From Guillardia theta CCMP2712 (Eukaryota > Protista > Cryptophyta): a stretch of 64,000 nucleotides of DNA. Numbering within the stretch: position 1 is the stretch's first letter; each line of letters begins with the position of its first letter. The stretch lies in the NCBI RefSeq assembly GCF_000315625.1, contig NW_005434618.1, positions 83,038-147,037 of the forward strand. Reading direction: 5' to 3'. The notes below the pieces were generated by a model. It was not told the origin of the DNA and made no database searches. It worked only from the letters and a program-made list of their open reading frames with translations. Positions 25,110-36,389 of this stretch are shown piece by piece. The translations under genes and the position numbers were made by a program.

Positions 25110-25610
25110 TCTTGAAACTTTCCTAGAGGACGCGATCAGGGAGTTTTCTCGCGATCAAGAACTGATAGCACGCAGATGAATGGCTGCCTTTTCTGCAACT
25201 CCGTTTCACAGCGAATCCAGTCCAAAGATCTTCGAGCTCATGTGCAGGTTTGGTCCAGATGATCGAAACATAGAGTCATCATGTATCCTCCTCCTCCTCC
25301 TCCTCCTCCTCTCCCGCCCCTCGCCCTTCCCACATCCCCTGCTTGTCCCGCCATCTGCTTCATAAGCCGCCCCCGCCCTCACCACCCCCTTCCGTACGCA
25401 AAGACTTACCCCTTAATGTATGACCCCTACCTACAAAATATATGATCACCCCTATAATAATGGTATATCATCTTGTCAAATACCAGGACCAAATACCCTC
25501 TGTTCTTAGCGTACCCCTTTGTCAGATACCCTCACCCCCAGATCTTAGCATTTAAAAGGAAATTTTTGTGTACCACATATATAGGTTGACCGGAGACGAT
25601 ACTGCGATGC

Positions 25611-25658
25611 CAGTCTGGATGCCAGCCAGGATGCCAGCCAGGATGCCAGCCAGGATGC
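25611..25658. repeat. 12-bp tandem repeat (GCCAGCCAGGAT), about 4 copies
   Basis: Visible in the sequence. Confidence 0.85.
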
Positions 25659-26091
25659 AGGGCTGATGTTTGGAGGGGAGGGAGGAGGGGGAGGAGCAGG
25701 AGGATTAGGAGCAGGAGGAGCAGGAGGAGAGAGATGGAAGAAAGCAAAAGAGGAGAGTAGCATCGCAGGAGGAGTGAGGGAAGAGGACGGGTCGGGTCGA
25801 GATATTGAGTGAGAAATGAGATAATTACTTAGAAGGCAGAGGAAGGAAACAGGGAAAGTGAAAGACAGGAGGGAGGGCTGGAGGATGGACAGAACTGTAA
25901 GGGTGTCAAGGTAGCGTAAATGGAGAGGGTGGGGGGGCGAGAAGAAGCCGGTGGGGAGGAGGGAGGGAGGGAGGGAGGGAGGGAGGGAGAGGAAGGGGTG
26001 GTTTTTGGATTGATTGTTGTTGGTCCTGTCCGATGTCAATTCACGTGGATCAACAGCAGAGCTGCGAGGAAGGGATGGCCTGAAAGCAGCT

Positions 26092-29000
26092 ATGGGAAAG
26101 GAGGTTATACAGCAAGCGGCAGACATGAAGGTGCAGGAGGAGGAGAAGAAAAAGGCCCGAGAGAGGAAGCTCGTCCTGGCAGTGGACATCGTCTCGTTCC
26201 TCCTTGTGTGCGGAGGAGCAGCCGCGATCCTGTTCTTCATGCCTGAGGTTGCTTTCAAGCCTTCTTGCCGCAACCCTTACATGCTGTCCTCAAGTTTGCT
26301 AGAAACAACTACATCTCCGAGAACGCTCTCGTCCCCAACGGTGGAAGGTGGAACCCTTTGTCCGCCGCAGCCTCCTCTCAGGCTGTCCTGACAGGCCTGG
26401 CTATGGGCATGCGCACGCGAGCTTTGCCATGAAGATGTTGGAACGGATGAGCAGGGCAAGACCCGGGGAGGAGGCTGTGGATCTTATCGTCAAGATTGGA
26501 GGTCGCCTCTTCCTCTACCTTGCCCCGATTGTTGTTTATCCCCCCGTGAGAGACGTTCCGCTGCTTGTTCGTCTTCTTCCTCCCTCCTCATGCCACCTGC
26601 ACTAGAATGTCTTCCCTCGTCTCCTACCTCCTTTCCCCCTCCCGCCTTTCCTCGCTCCCTCCCTCGCTCCCTCCCTCCCCTCGCTCCCTCCCTCCCTCCC
26701 TCCCTCCCTCCCTCCCTCCCTCCCTCCTTTGCGATTGTGACGGGCAGCACATCAGAGGCAGCCGGGCTGCGGTGCGAGAAGCACAGGTTTTTCTGCCCGA
26801 TCACGAGGGAGGAGGGGGTCAACGTAGTGTGCGTGCTGCACGCGGCTCGAGGGGAGGGAAAGGAGACTGTCGTGTTGACGTCCCAGTACCCCGACAAGGC
26901 TCACGGTGAGATCCTGTGACTGCTCCTCCTCCTCTTCCTCACTGTTCCATTTCCACCCTCGCTGATCCTCCTCACTTTCCCTGTCCTACTCCCTCTCGCA
27001 TCTGCCTCCTACCTCGTGCTCGCTCTCATCCTCTGCCCTCCCTCCGCTCCTTCACTCTCTCTGCTCCTCGTCCCTTACGTGCTCTGCTGGTCTTCGAGTG
27101 CCAATCTTGCCCTGCCCATCTCTTGGGCCCCTCCCCTCCTCCTCCCCTCCTTCCCCTCTCTCCTCCCTTCCCTGCCTGACTCGGTCGTAGATGACTGGAT
27201 CGCATCGGCCGCATTCACATGCTCTTTCATGCAGTTCCTCTCCACCGTCCCTTGGCTCTCCAAGGATATCCTCTTTCTCTTCACCCCCTCCTCCTTCCCC
27301 CCGCACTCTCCTCCGGCCCGCTGGCTCTCCGACTATCACTCTGCTGACCTCTCCGGCCGTCTCTACCATGGTGGGGAGATCTGGGCGGCAGTCTCTGTGG
27401 AGCTGGACAGGAGGAGCAGGTTGGAGGAGGTTGGCGTCGGGTACGAGAGCGAGGGAGGGCAGCATCCCAACCTCGACCTGGTCAACATCGCCTTTCACGC
27501 CATCACTCACACAGGAATCCGAGCCAACATCCCTGCAAGGAGGGAGCGGCAAGGACAAGCGGGGGAGGAGCGGGCGCGGCGGCTGGAGGTGGTGGCGACC
27601 CCAGCAGCGGTCCTAGAGCTGCTGCGAGGAAACCTTCCAGGATTCGTCGAGAGCAGGGTCGAGAGGATCCACATGAACATGGTCCAGCAGGCGATGGGGA
27701 GGTCGACGGGGAGCCATGGCGTGTTCAAGGGGTTGAAGGTAGAGGCGCTCAGCTTGATCTCCGAAGGGAGGAGGAGGGGGGGAGACGCGGTCCTGTCGAC
27801 CTCCGATCTCCTGCGGTTGGGTCAGGTGCTGGAGAGGACGGTCAGGTCGATCAACAACACGCTGGAACGATTTCATCAGTCTTTCTTTCTGTGGCTTCTC
27901 TCCGACACCCAGCAGTTCCTCCCCCCTGAGCAGTACATGGCTCCTTGTGGCGTGCTCCTCCTCCCCCTCATCCTGCAGGCGCTGAAGCTCAGGGCCCTCT
28001 CCTCCTCCTCTCCCTCCTCCTACTCATGGCCGCTGCACGAGACGGTTGCAGTCGGTCTGTCCTACTTGGCTGGATTGTTCCTCCTTATCATGAAGTGGAA
28101 CTTCTCCGGGCACAGGGTACAGCTGCTCCTATCAGCCTCCACGTGCTGCATCCTCCTCCTGCTGGCAAGAAGCGCGTCCTCGATGGCCAGAGGCAGAACC
28201 CCTCAGGATCCTCTCCGCTGCTACATGCTCAATGCACAGGTAGCAAAAAGTTTCCTCCGATTCTCTCTCCTCCTCTATTCCCACTCTCCTCTCTTCCTCC
28301 CCTCCCATCCTCCCCTCCCATCCTCTCCTCCGCCTGTCCTCCCCTCCTTGCCCTCGTCACTCCAGCACCCACCCACCTTTGTCCACATCCTTCTCCTTAG
28401 CCTTCGTCCCCCCCTTCACTCCATCTTTTCGCTCGTTTCCTCGTTGGGTCCCTCGCTAACTTGTTTCAGTTTCTCATTCTCAATCTCCTCACTCTCGTCA
28501 TGTTCATCCTCCTCAACTTTTCCTACGGTGCAACGACTGCTATCGTACTGGTGTGAAATCCCCCCTCCCCCCTTCCTCCTCCTCTTGACCTCGTCTCCTC
28601 TATTCCTCTCCTCCTTTCCCTTCCTCCTCCTCTCGACCTCGTCTCCTCTCCTCCTCTCCTCTTTTCGCTTCCTCCTCCTCTTGACCTCGTCTCCTCTCCT
28701 CCTCTCCTCTTTCCCTTCCTCCTCCTCTTGACCTCGTCTCCTCTCCTCCTCTCCTCTTTTCCCTTGCTCTTTCCTGCTCTGGACATCTCTCAAATACTCC
28801 CATGATCCCCTCGACTCGTCCTCCACCTCGTACTCAACCTTTTTTCTTTTCTCCTTATACCTTGCATTCCTCCTACATCCTCTGAAGGACGTCTTCTTCC
28901 ACTGCCTCCTTTCCTCCCTCCTCTCATTCTTCACGCAGGTCCCGCTCACTCTCCTCAGCTTTTCATCTCAATCTTGGATCATTAGAGCAGGTGCCCGCAC

Positions 29001-29136
29001 TTTCCTGTTTCTCCTCCTCGTCCTGCTCCTCGTGCTGGTGACGGGGGACGCGGCGTCGGCCAGCTACTACCTCAACCAACTGCTCGTCATGCTCCTCCTC
29101 TTGCCGACATTCACGATGATCTCAGTGCAGCTGTGA
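26092..29136 (+). CDS. GAA1: GPI transamidase component GAA1/GPAA1
   Basis: N-terminal TM; PWLSKDILFLF; GGEIWAAVSVEL; GGQHPNLDLVN; HGVFKGLKVEALSL; LERTVRSINNTLERFHQSFFLWLL; multi-TM tail ending at TGA 29134-29136. Confidence 0.9.
28575..28755. repeat. ~39-bp CT-rich tandem minisatellite in a GAA1 intron
   Basis: Repeated cctcctcctcttgacctcgtctcctctcctcctctcc units, about 4.5 copies. Confidence 0.8.
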
Positions 29137-29508
29137 AGGAGAGAAGACGATTTGAAAACAAGAGAGGGATAATGAAGAATGGGAAACAAATCGAGGAGAG
29201 AGGACTGAAGAAGGAGAGCAAGGAGGACCAAGGGAGGACTGAGAGAGGAGGGGGAGGGGACAAGCAGGAGAACGAACTAGGCGAGTTGAAGATGCAGAGG
29301 CACTACTACTTGCTTCTTGACTTGCGTGTAGCAAGTTTGAGCCAGAGTAGCAGCAGGAGGGAAAGACGAAAGGGTGAAAGAGAGAGGAAAGAGACAGCAA
29401 GGAGCGAGAGGAGGTGTGCAAGGGATTGAGTTAAAGGAGTGGAGGTGTCAAGATCGTTCGTTTGTTCTACTGCTGCATAAACATGTGAGGAAGGGGGCGA
29501 GTCGCATC

Positions 29509-31150
29509 TCACGGGAGGAAGGGGGCGACAGCCTTCTCCTCTAGCTGCTGCACGAGAGCCTCAAGGTTGTCCTTCTTGGGGGCTGCAGACTTGGAAGGGA
29601 GCATCGCAAGTTTCTGACTCCTCTCGCTCGTCGTGGAGTCCTTGAGGGCCTCCAACTGGCTCTCCAGGGACGACGAGGACCTCCTCCTCCTCTCCCTTCC
29701 AATCTTCGCTCTCAGCTTCTCCAGCTTCTCCTCAGCGTGCGAAGCCTCCTCCCTCGCCTCATCCTTGTCCAGCCTGCTGAAGTAGGTCTGCAGATCCCTC
29801 TGAGCTTCTGACGAGGAAAATCTCCTGGGCGACTTCCTGCGCAGCCGAGCCTGGAGCTTGTGGATCTGAGCCTGGAGCTTCGACTCCCGATCCTCCTCCT
29901 CCTCCCTCTCCTTCTTCTCCGCGCGGCCCTCGTTGTCCCTAGTCTCCTCAGCCTCCTTCTCCCGCTTCCTAGCGTCAAGGATCTTCTCCTTCATCACCTG
30001 GTACGTGAGAGACTGCCGGAGCTTCTTGTCCTTCTTGACCCGCTCGTCGGTCACGAGCTCGTGGACGTCATCGTGCAAACTCTCGATCTCCTTCCTCTCG
30101 TTCATCAGCTCCTTCTTCAGCTCCGTCACCTGCCCCTTGAGCAAGCTCTTCTTCTGGTCCTGCAGCTTGCTGGGCTCCTTGGAGCGCGTCTGCAGGCCTT
30201 CTTTCTGCTGGGCGACCTCCTCGTCACTGATGGACCACGTCTCGTGCGGCTCTCGATGCCCCTCGAACCCATAGGCGTGCCTCTCCATCTTGAGCAGCAT
30301 GTCAGTGACTGTAGCTGGTGGTAGAGCAGGAAGACTCAAGGGAGGAGAGCAAGATCTTGAAACAGCGGAACGGAAAGTGGATGTGAGGAAAAGGGAGAAG
30401 GGAGACAGGAGGGTTGTGGAGAAATGAGAAGGGGTATGAGAAGAAACACAGGGAAGGAAGAACACAAAGATCGAAGTCGACTCACCACGTGCTGAAGGTC
30501 ATCAGCATCCTTAGAATACTTCCTGTCTGATGTCCATCCCACCGAAACCTTGGAAGGCTGTAACATCGCCAATGAGTTTGGTAGAACTTACATTCATATG
30601 CAGTACATATGTATCAATAAACATGAGTCTACCGCATCAAAGCAACTGTTTCAGCATGTTGTACGATGCAGAATGATGTTTTCCCACAAACAGACTTCAC
30701 GTTTCAGTGTTACCATCACATGTATAAGTCATGCTGTCCCTCTCACAGGCTCATGTACAAAAGGCTCATGTACAAAGTAACTTGCTTCGTTCACAAAAAA
30801 CTTACATCCTGTTGTGCTTGGACGTACTTTCCCCACAGGGGTTGATGCCAATCCCATCCTCTGTTCCTCGGCACATTGTCGTACCTCCTGATAGCATTGG
30901 AAAGAAAGATCCCTCTCCTGCTGATGTGCCCAGGATCTCGGAACGGCATGGCTTTCTCGTATTCTTGGTCCACTTCGTCTTCTTCTTTGCCTCCATCCCC
31001 TCCGTCCCCGTACCAACCGCCGATCTCCTGCTGATCTAGTGCAACCTGCTTTCTTTCTCCTGCCATGTCCCTTCCTCTCAGGGTCACAACAACAGCCATC
31101 AAGGCTGCCAACGCCGCCAGCCCCGCCAGCCCCGCCAGCCTTCTCCGCAT
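29509..31150 (-). CDS. Signal-anchored protein with a C-terminal coiled coil (probably one multi-exon gene)
   Basis: MRRRLAGLAGLAALAALMAVVVTL TM, then a W/Y-rich segment. Small exons at 30480-30740 probably link it to the coiled-coil exon 29509-30320; joining is tentative. Confidence 0.55.
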
Positions 31151-31901
31151 TTTTGCGAAGCGTCACAGCAAACCCGTACCCCTCAAACGCTGGAGTAGGA
31201 CCCGGTCTAAAGGCATGAGAGATCTAACCCCTTCAATTCCTGTGAAACGTACCCGTCCTCCATTATTCCTCAGAACCACATCCCCTCATCTGCCCATCTC
31301 GTTTGCTGTGCTTGACCAGTGCTTGACTCGAAGCTCAGATATCAGCGCAGTGTAGATACAGGACGACTCTCAAGTGTCGGTGGAAGGTATGACATCGGAG
31401 AAGGACAGGAAGGTATACACAGGCTCCATGATAGGTTTTTGTGCAACGGCTCTGTGTCAAGAGAAACGAGGCTCTTGCCAAGGCTCAGTGAGAATCTTGA
31501 GGGAGCTCATAGAGAGGCAGAACATCATGGGCTTGCACTACGCTCCCAATGAAGGTCTGCTGCATGATCTTCTGTTGGCGGGGGGTGGATCTAGGCAGGG
31601 GGACGCGGAGTCCAAGGGGTACAGGATTGGTGCATCGGTGGTGAGAGCAAGTGAGGAGGAAGGCGGGGCAAGGAGTGAGGCGGTGGCGGGTGTTGAGAAT
31701 AAAGCACTGGTGGTCATGGTGGGAGTCCGAGCCTGAGACTCGCTCTCCTGTGTGAGAGCCGAGTACAGCATACGCTGTCTGGAGACAGCTTGTGTACAGA
31801 AGGAAGGGAGAAGGAAGGGTGCAAGGTTGATCTAGGATACCATGGTCCACAGACCCATGGAAGCGTCCGACGTCACTCGTTTACTTATCCATCTCGCAGC
31901 T

Positions 31902-34187
31902 CTATCCTTGCGGTCTGGAGCTCATTCCAGCCACATGAGCGTCGATCTCTTCCTCTCCGCGTGCCCACCCGTACTTTGTAAGTATGCCGCTGTTTTCCAC
32001 ATTGCTTATTCTGAACTTGTAGAGATTCTCCTTTGGAACGACAAACACAACCTCCACCTTCCAGGTCCCCCCTTCCTCAATCCTCAAGGTTTTCAGACAG
32101 TCATACATGTACCGCAGTTTGAGGTCATGCGTCTCCGCAATGGTTACCTGTACGAAACGCACCAGTTTGCAATTGAAGTCCACAATCACTGCATCATAGC
32201 CCTCTTGATTCCATCTCAACGGCTTCAGGCACAACCTGTTTGTCCCTTGCATCCGAGCTTTGTCGACTTCCCTGGCTTCAAGAGGTTTCACGCTGCACCC
32301 TTTCCAGTCGTCGCGTTTCTCTGACTCGCCTTGATTCTCTGACTCGGCTTCTTCTCCCTCTGGCCTGAGGGTTACCTGCAGCCCTGCTTTTCGTCCTATC
32401 CGAGCGAAGAACAGCATCTCAAACAAAAAACCCCGAAGAGACGGATTCTCAGTCGCGCCTGGGAGCTCCTCAATCTTCCTCACAAACGATTCTCCGAGCT
32501 TCTCTGCTAGCTCCCTGGCAACAAACCTACTGACAAAACTCCAGTATACTTGGTTTCCATTTCGATACTTCCCATGCAGCCGATTGACAAACTGCTTGGT
32601 ACGGTCGCCCGTCCTCATGTCGAACAGCGTCTGGAAATCACAGACAGAGTCCATCGCTCCACGGAGATCTTGGATCGCCTGATCTGTCGTACATTCGAAC
32701 ATGTAGCGGCATGAGCCTCCAACAATCTGATACTTCGACTCGACATCTCTCGACCTTGTCTCCCACGAGCCTCCTGTCGTATCTAAGCTCAATTCCACCA
32801 CACCAGCCACACTCTTGTAGAACAAGTCGTACTTCACGGCCTCCAGGTACTCCTCCAATGTCCACGAGTACACCATCAACTCCTCTACCTTCTCAATTCT
32901 ATCTTGCTCAATTTTTTTCTTTTCTCGAGAACTCATCGACGTTGTGATCACAACCCGCCGGTTGTCCCGGTCATGGTTAAGCCAGAACACGCATTCACTC
33001 AGTATTAAATCATGTACGTCCTGTTGGTAACCGTCCAGCGAGACAAGATACTTCTTCCCGCTCTGTGTCCATCCTCTAAGAATTCCTCTCAGCATCTCTT
33101 CTGCACCATTGCGTGGCAAGTCAGTAATTCTCAAAACTCCATCCTCAGCTTGTAGGACATTCACAGCACCCCACTTCCACAACCGCACGCACATCACCTT
33201 CCACCCCTCCTGCATGCTCAGCGATTGTATAAAAGACATGGTCGTCGTCGACTTCCCCGTCCCTGGAGGGCCTAGGATCCAACCCAGACACCCGAAATTA
33301 CAAACCCTCTCCTTAATGAAATTCCATTGCTCTTTGAAGCATTCCCTGCAGAAAATCGCCTGCTGTCTTTCTACTTGGCCAGAGCGGCCCCGATCCAAAA
33401 ACGATCGATCCAGACAGAAAAGATTGCCCTCTTCCTTGTAACCTACCGCGTCACGATTCCAAGATACCTCATTCCAAGACACGTTGTCCTCTTTGGCTCG
33501 GGGATCTTTCCAATCCTTCCGAAGCTCCTCCTCCTTTCTTTCAAGCTGCTCCTTCTCCTTCTCTAGTTTGCTCTCCTGCTCCGCAAGGTCCTGCAGTACC
33601 CCCTCCCAGTATTCCTTGTTCTCCCCTTCAAGGTGCTGCTTCAGCCTTGCCTCTGTCCTCTTGTTTTGAAGCTCCTCCTGCTTCAGCTCGAGCTTATCCT
33701 TCTCCTTTTGAAGCTCCTCCTTTCTTTCAAGCTGCTTCCTCCTCGTCTCTAGCTTCCTCTCCTGCTCCGCAAGGTCCTGCAGTACCCCCTCCCAGTATTC
33801 CTTGTTCTCCCCTTCCAGGTGCTGCTTCAGCCTTGCCTCTGTCCTCTTGTTTTGAAGCTCCTCCTGCTTCAGCTCGAGCTTATCCCTCTCTAGCTTCCTC
33901 TCCTGCTCCGCAAGGTCCTGCAGTACCCCCTCCCAGTATTGCCTGTTCTCCCCTTCAAGGTGCTGCTTCAGCCGTGCCTCTGTCCTCTTGTTTTGAAGCT
34001 CGGCCTCCTTGCTTCGAAGCTCCTCCTGCTTCAGCTCGATCTTATCCTTGCTTCGACGCTGCTCTGTATGTCTATGCTTCTCTTTCTTGTTCCGCTGCTC
34101 TCTCTCACTTTCAAGCGCGGATTGCTCATCTTCACCTCTATCTTGCCTCCTGCCACGTTTGGACATAGAGACCTTCTTGGACCACAT
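31902..34187 (-). CDS. Crinkler/RHS (CR)-type protein: repeat header, P-loop NTPase, PD-(D/E)xK REase-like domain; intronless
   Basis: GWILGPPGTGKS (Walker A), VSLDGY (Walker B), VYSWTLEEYL, KYQIVGGSCRYMF, NPSLRGFLFEMLFF, LKPLRWNQEGYDAV, VRFVQVT..HDLK, VEVVFVVP: same motif order as recalled oomycete CRN C-termini. Confidence 0.85.
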   Translation of the reverse strand: MWSKKVSMSKRGRRQDRGEDEQSALESEREQRNKKEKHRHTEQRRSKDKIELKQEELRSKEAELQNKRTEARLKQHLEGENRQYWEGVLQDLAEQERKLERDKLELKQEELQNKRTEARLKQHLEGENKEYWEGVLQDLAEQERKLETRRKQLERKEELQKEKDKLELKQEELQNKRTEARLKQHLEGENKEYWEGVLQDLAEQESKLEKEKEQLERKEEELRKDWKDPRAKEDNVSWNEVSWNRDAVGYKEEGNLFCLDRSFLDRGRSGQVERQQAIFCRECFKEQWNFIKERVCNFGCLGWILGPPGTGKSTTTMSFIQSLSMQEGWKVMCVRLWKWGAVNVLQAEDGVLRITDLPRNGAEEMLRGILRGWTQSGKKYLVSLDGYQQDVHDLILSECVFWLNHDRDNRRVVITTSMSSREKKKIEQDRIEKVEELMVYSWTLEEYLEAVKYDLFYKSVAGVVELSLDTTGGSWETRSRDVESKYQIVGGSCRYMFECTTDQAIQDLRGAMDSVCDFQTLFDMRTGDRTKQFVNRLHGKYRNGNQVYWSFVSRFVARELAEKLGESFVRKIEELPGATENPSLRGFLFEMLFFARIGRKAGLQVTLRPEGEEAESENQGESEKRDDWKGCSVKPLEAREVDKARMQGTNRLCLKPLRWNQEGYDAVIVDFNCKLVRFVQVTIAETHDLKLRYMYDCLKTLRIEEGGTWKVEVVFVVPKENLYKFRISNVENSGILTKYGWARGEEEIDAHVAGMSSRPQG
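33571..34047 (-). repeat. Three near-identical ~129-bp coding repeats
   Basis: Units begin ~33571, 33757 and 33898 and encode LELKQEELQNKRTEARLKQHLEGENKEYWEGVLQDLAEQE. Confidence 0.95.
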
Positions 34188-34253
34188 CCCCACATCTACC
34201 CATTTTGTTTACTGTTTCGTTTAGTTCAATCTACCTAATCCTCCTAGGCCGAA

Positions 34254-36386
34254 ATGCCCTACGGGAGACGCTGCTGTCGAGCGCTCGTGGCGCTTGTCTG
34301 GCTGGCAGGAGAGACGCTGAGCATGCAGGGAGAGGGGGAGGAACCAGCGACAGGAGGACGAAGTGTCCTCGTGCTTGGAGCTAAGATACCAACACGTGTG
34401 ATCTTCTATCCAACTCGCCTTGCTTCTAAACTTGTTTGTGGCAGACGGGAACGGGGGATGGGAGGCGTTCGAGATCGATGGAAGGACCTTCATCGCTGCC
34501 GCAAATTTCTGGGACGGAGAGTCGGTGGACATGAGCGCGCTCTCCAAGGTCTACCGGGTGCGTGTGATGTGGTTTTGGGAGAGATGAAGAGCTCCCTGAA
34601 AGAAGGTTAAAAGGTATCTCTCAACGAGACGGGCAAGCTATTGTTGAAGAGACATCAGTCGATGAGGACGAGAGGAGCTCATGGCTGGGACTTCTTTGAA
34701 TCAGGTTGATTTGCAGCATGCTGTGGAAGAGACATGAACGACGAAGAAAAGGCGCGGAGAAGCTTCTGGTCGTCCCTAACTACTATCAATGTGGAGATAC
34801 TCGAAGGCAGCAGGAACCAGGCGGTTGTCTCTCCACGGTAGTCTACAGGTGGATGGGAAAGAAATTCAAAGAAGCGTTTCGGATCGCAGCCGAAGGAATT
34901 CTTTCGATACTATTGTGAGCTGCGCTGAGAGAAAATCGGCAGGTCCAGGGCAAACTGATCATTTCCATTGGAAGAACTCGACGTTTCTGATCGTCGCTGA
35001 GAACTTTGCGCAACAGGTGCGTGTGTTGTAGATGATTGTTGTCAGCTTCTTACTGACTCACTCACCTCCAACAGATCTCGATCTACAGGATTGAAGGGGC
35101 GGAAGGGTCTAAAAGCAACCGTTTTCCAGGTCTTGCAGACCATGACAAGGGGTGACTGATAAAGATCTTCAGAGGCTGCAATGCGCCGGCTCAGGATCCA
35201 TCTCAACGATAGAGATCGACTCCAAGTGAGACTTAATCTGCTGCAACAGCTGCACTGTCACCTGACAACGCATCGTCCAACCCTTCCTGCCCCCCACAGC
35301 ATGTACCTTGCAGGAGCCTCGTATCACGATGCCATGCACGGCGGATGGAGCACGAGGTCGCTGATCTTTCGCATGAGGGGTGAGACTTGGTGTGATGCTG
35401 CTAGTTCCTGCGCGTGAGCTTCTTTTCGCAGCACAGGAAGACAGCTTCTCCCTCCTACAGCAGCTCAACACCTTTGGCGCGCATGACGCAGTTGGGCAGA
35501 CTCCGTCGGGGAGGGTTTGGAGAATTGACGTGCGTCAAGGAATTCGGAAGCTTCAACAATCAGTACTTCCTTGCGTTCTCCGAGGACAGGAACGAACACA
35601 CGACCCAAATCTCATCCTCGGTATTCACTACGTGAGCGTCAAGATCATTTCCCTTACTCCGCCACTAGGTCTTCCGCTTCGACCCTGGCACAGAGAGTTT
35701 CCGATTCCTCCAGTCCATCCCTACTGATGGTGCTCATGGATGCGAGCTGTTCACCGCACAGGTAGACGCATTCTACTTGCCACACACGTGTTCCTGCTTC
35801 AGCTCTCTCTCTGTAGCTAGTCATGCCTTTGCTCTCTGCTCTGCTGCTCCTCCCCATCCCCAGTCGTCTTCCTTCTCATGACATGCCTGCAGGGCAGCTT
35901 CCTGCTGGCGTTTGCCAACTTTGGTGACCGCCAGGGCAAGAGGTAGCTTCGACCTCCGTCGGCTGTCACCGAAACCTGACTGAGAATTTGGGGACTAGGT
36001 ACAAGTCGAAATCCTCTTTGTGGAAATACCACGTGATACTATCGGATCATCCCTGGGGTGGGAGGCCGCTGAGATCGGGTCGGCAGGAGGGCGACGGAAT
36101 CTTCAGACTGATAGGGGAGGTAAAGACGCAAGTAGGTGGCCGATCAACCTCCTTACTGGATTTGATGATGATCCACCAGGGAGCGACGGATGTCAAGCAT
36201 TTCACGATTGAGGTCACATCAAGCATTCCATTCTTTGAATTTCATTCGAGTAACGTGGCGAATTTCAATCTTCAGAATCATGATTTCTTGGCTATCAGCA
36301 ATGAGGGAGATATCCAAAACAGAAGGTTTCAAGTCTCCGCAATCTACAGCATTCGCAACATCAACAAGTCAAAAGATAAACTCTGA
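34254..36386 (+). CDS. Secreted EAR/EPTP-repeat beta-propeller protein (TSPEAR-like), multi-exon
   Basis: Signal-like N-terminus; repeats FEIDGRTFIAAANFWDG, FHWKNSTFLIVAEN, FSLLQQLNTFGAHD, FNNQYFLAFSEDR, GSFLLAFANF, GATDVKHFTI, FNLQNHDFLAISNEGD..SAIY. Confidence 0.75.
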
Positions 36387-36389
36387 AGA

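Noticed and set aside
31389-31736. Small ORF converging on the CR gene (immunity partner or GIY-YIG-like)
   Set aside because: Only a weak VYTGS resemblance; no supporting motifs.
31300-34250. TIRs/LTRs around the CR gene
   Set aside because: None found by eye, so it is not called a mobile element.
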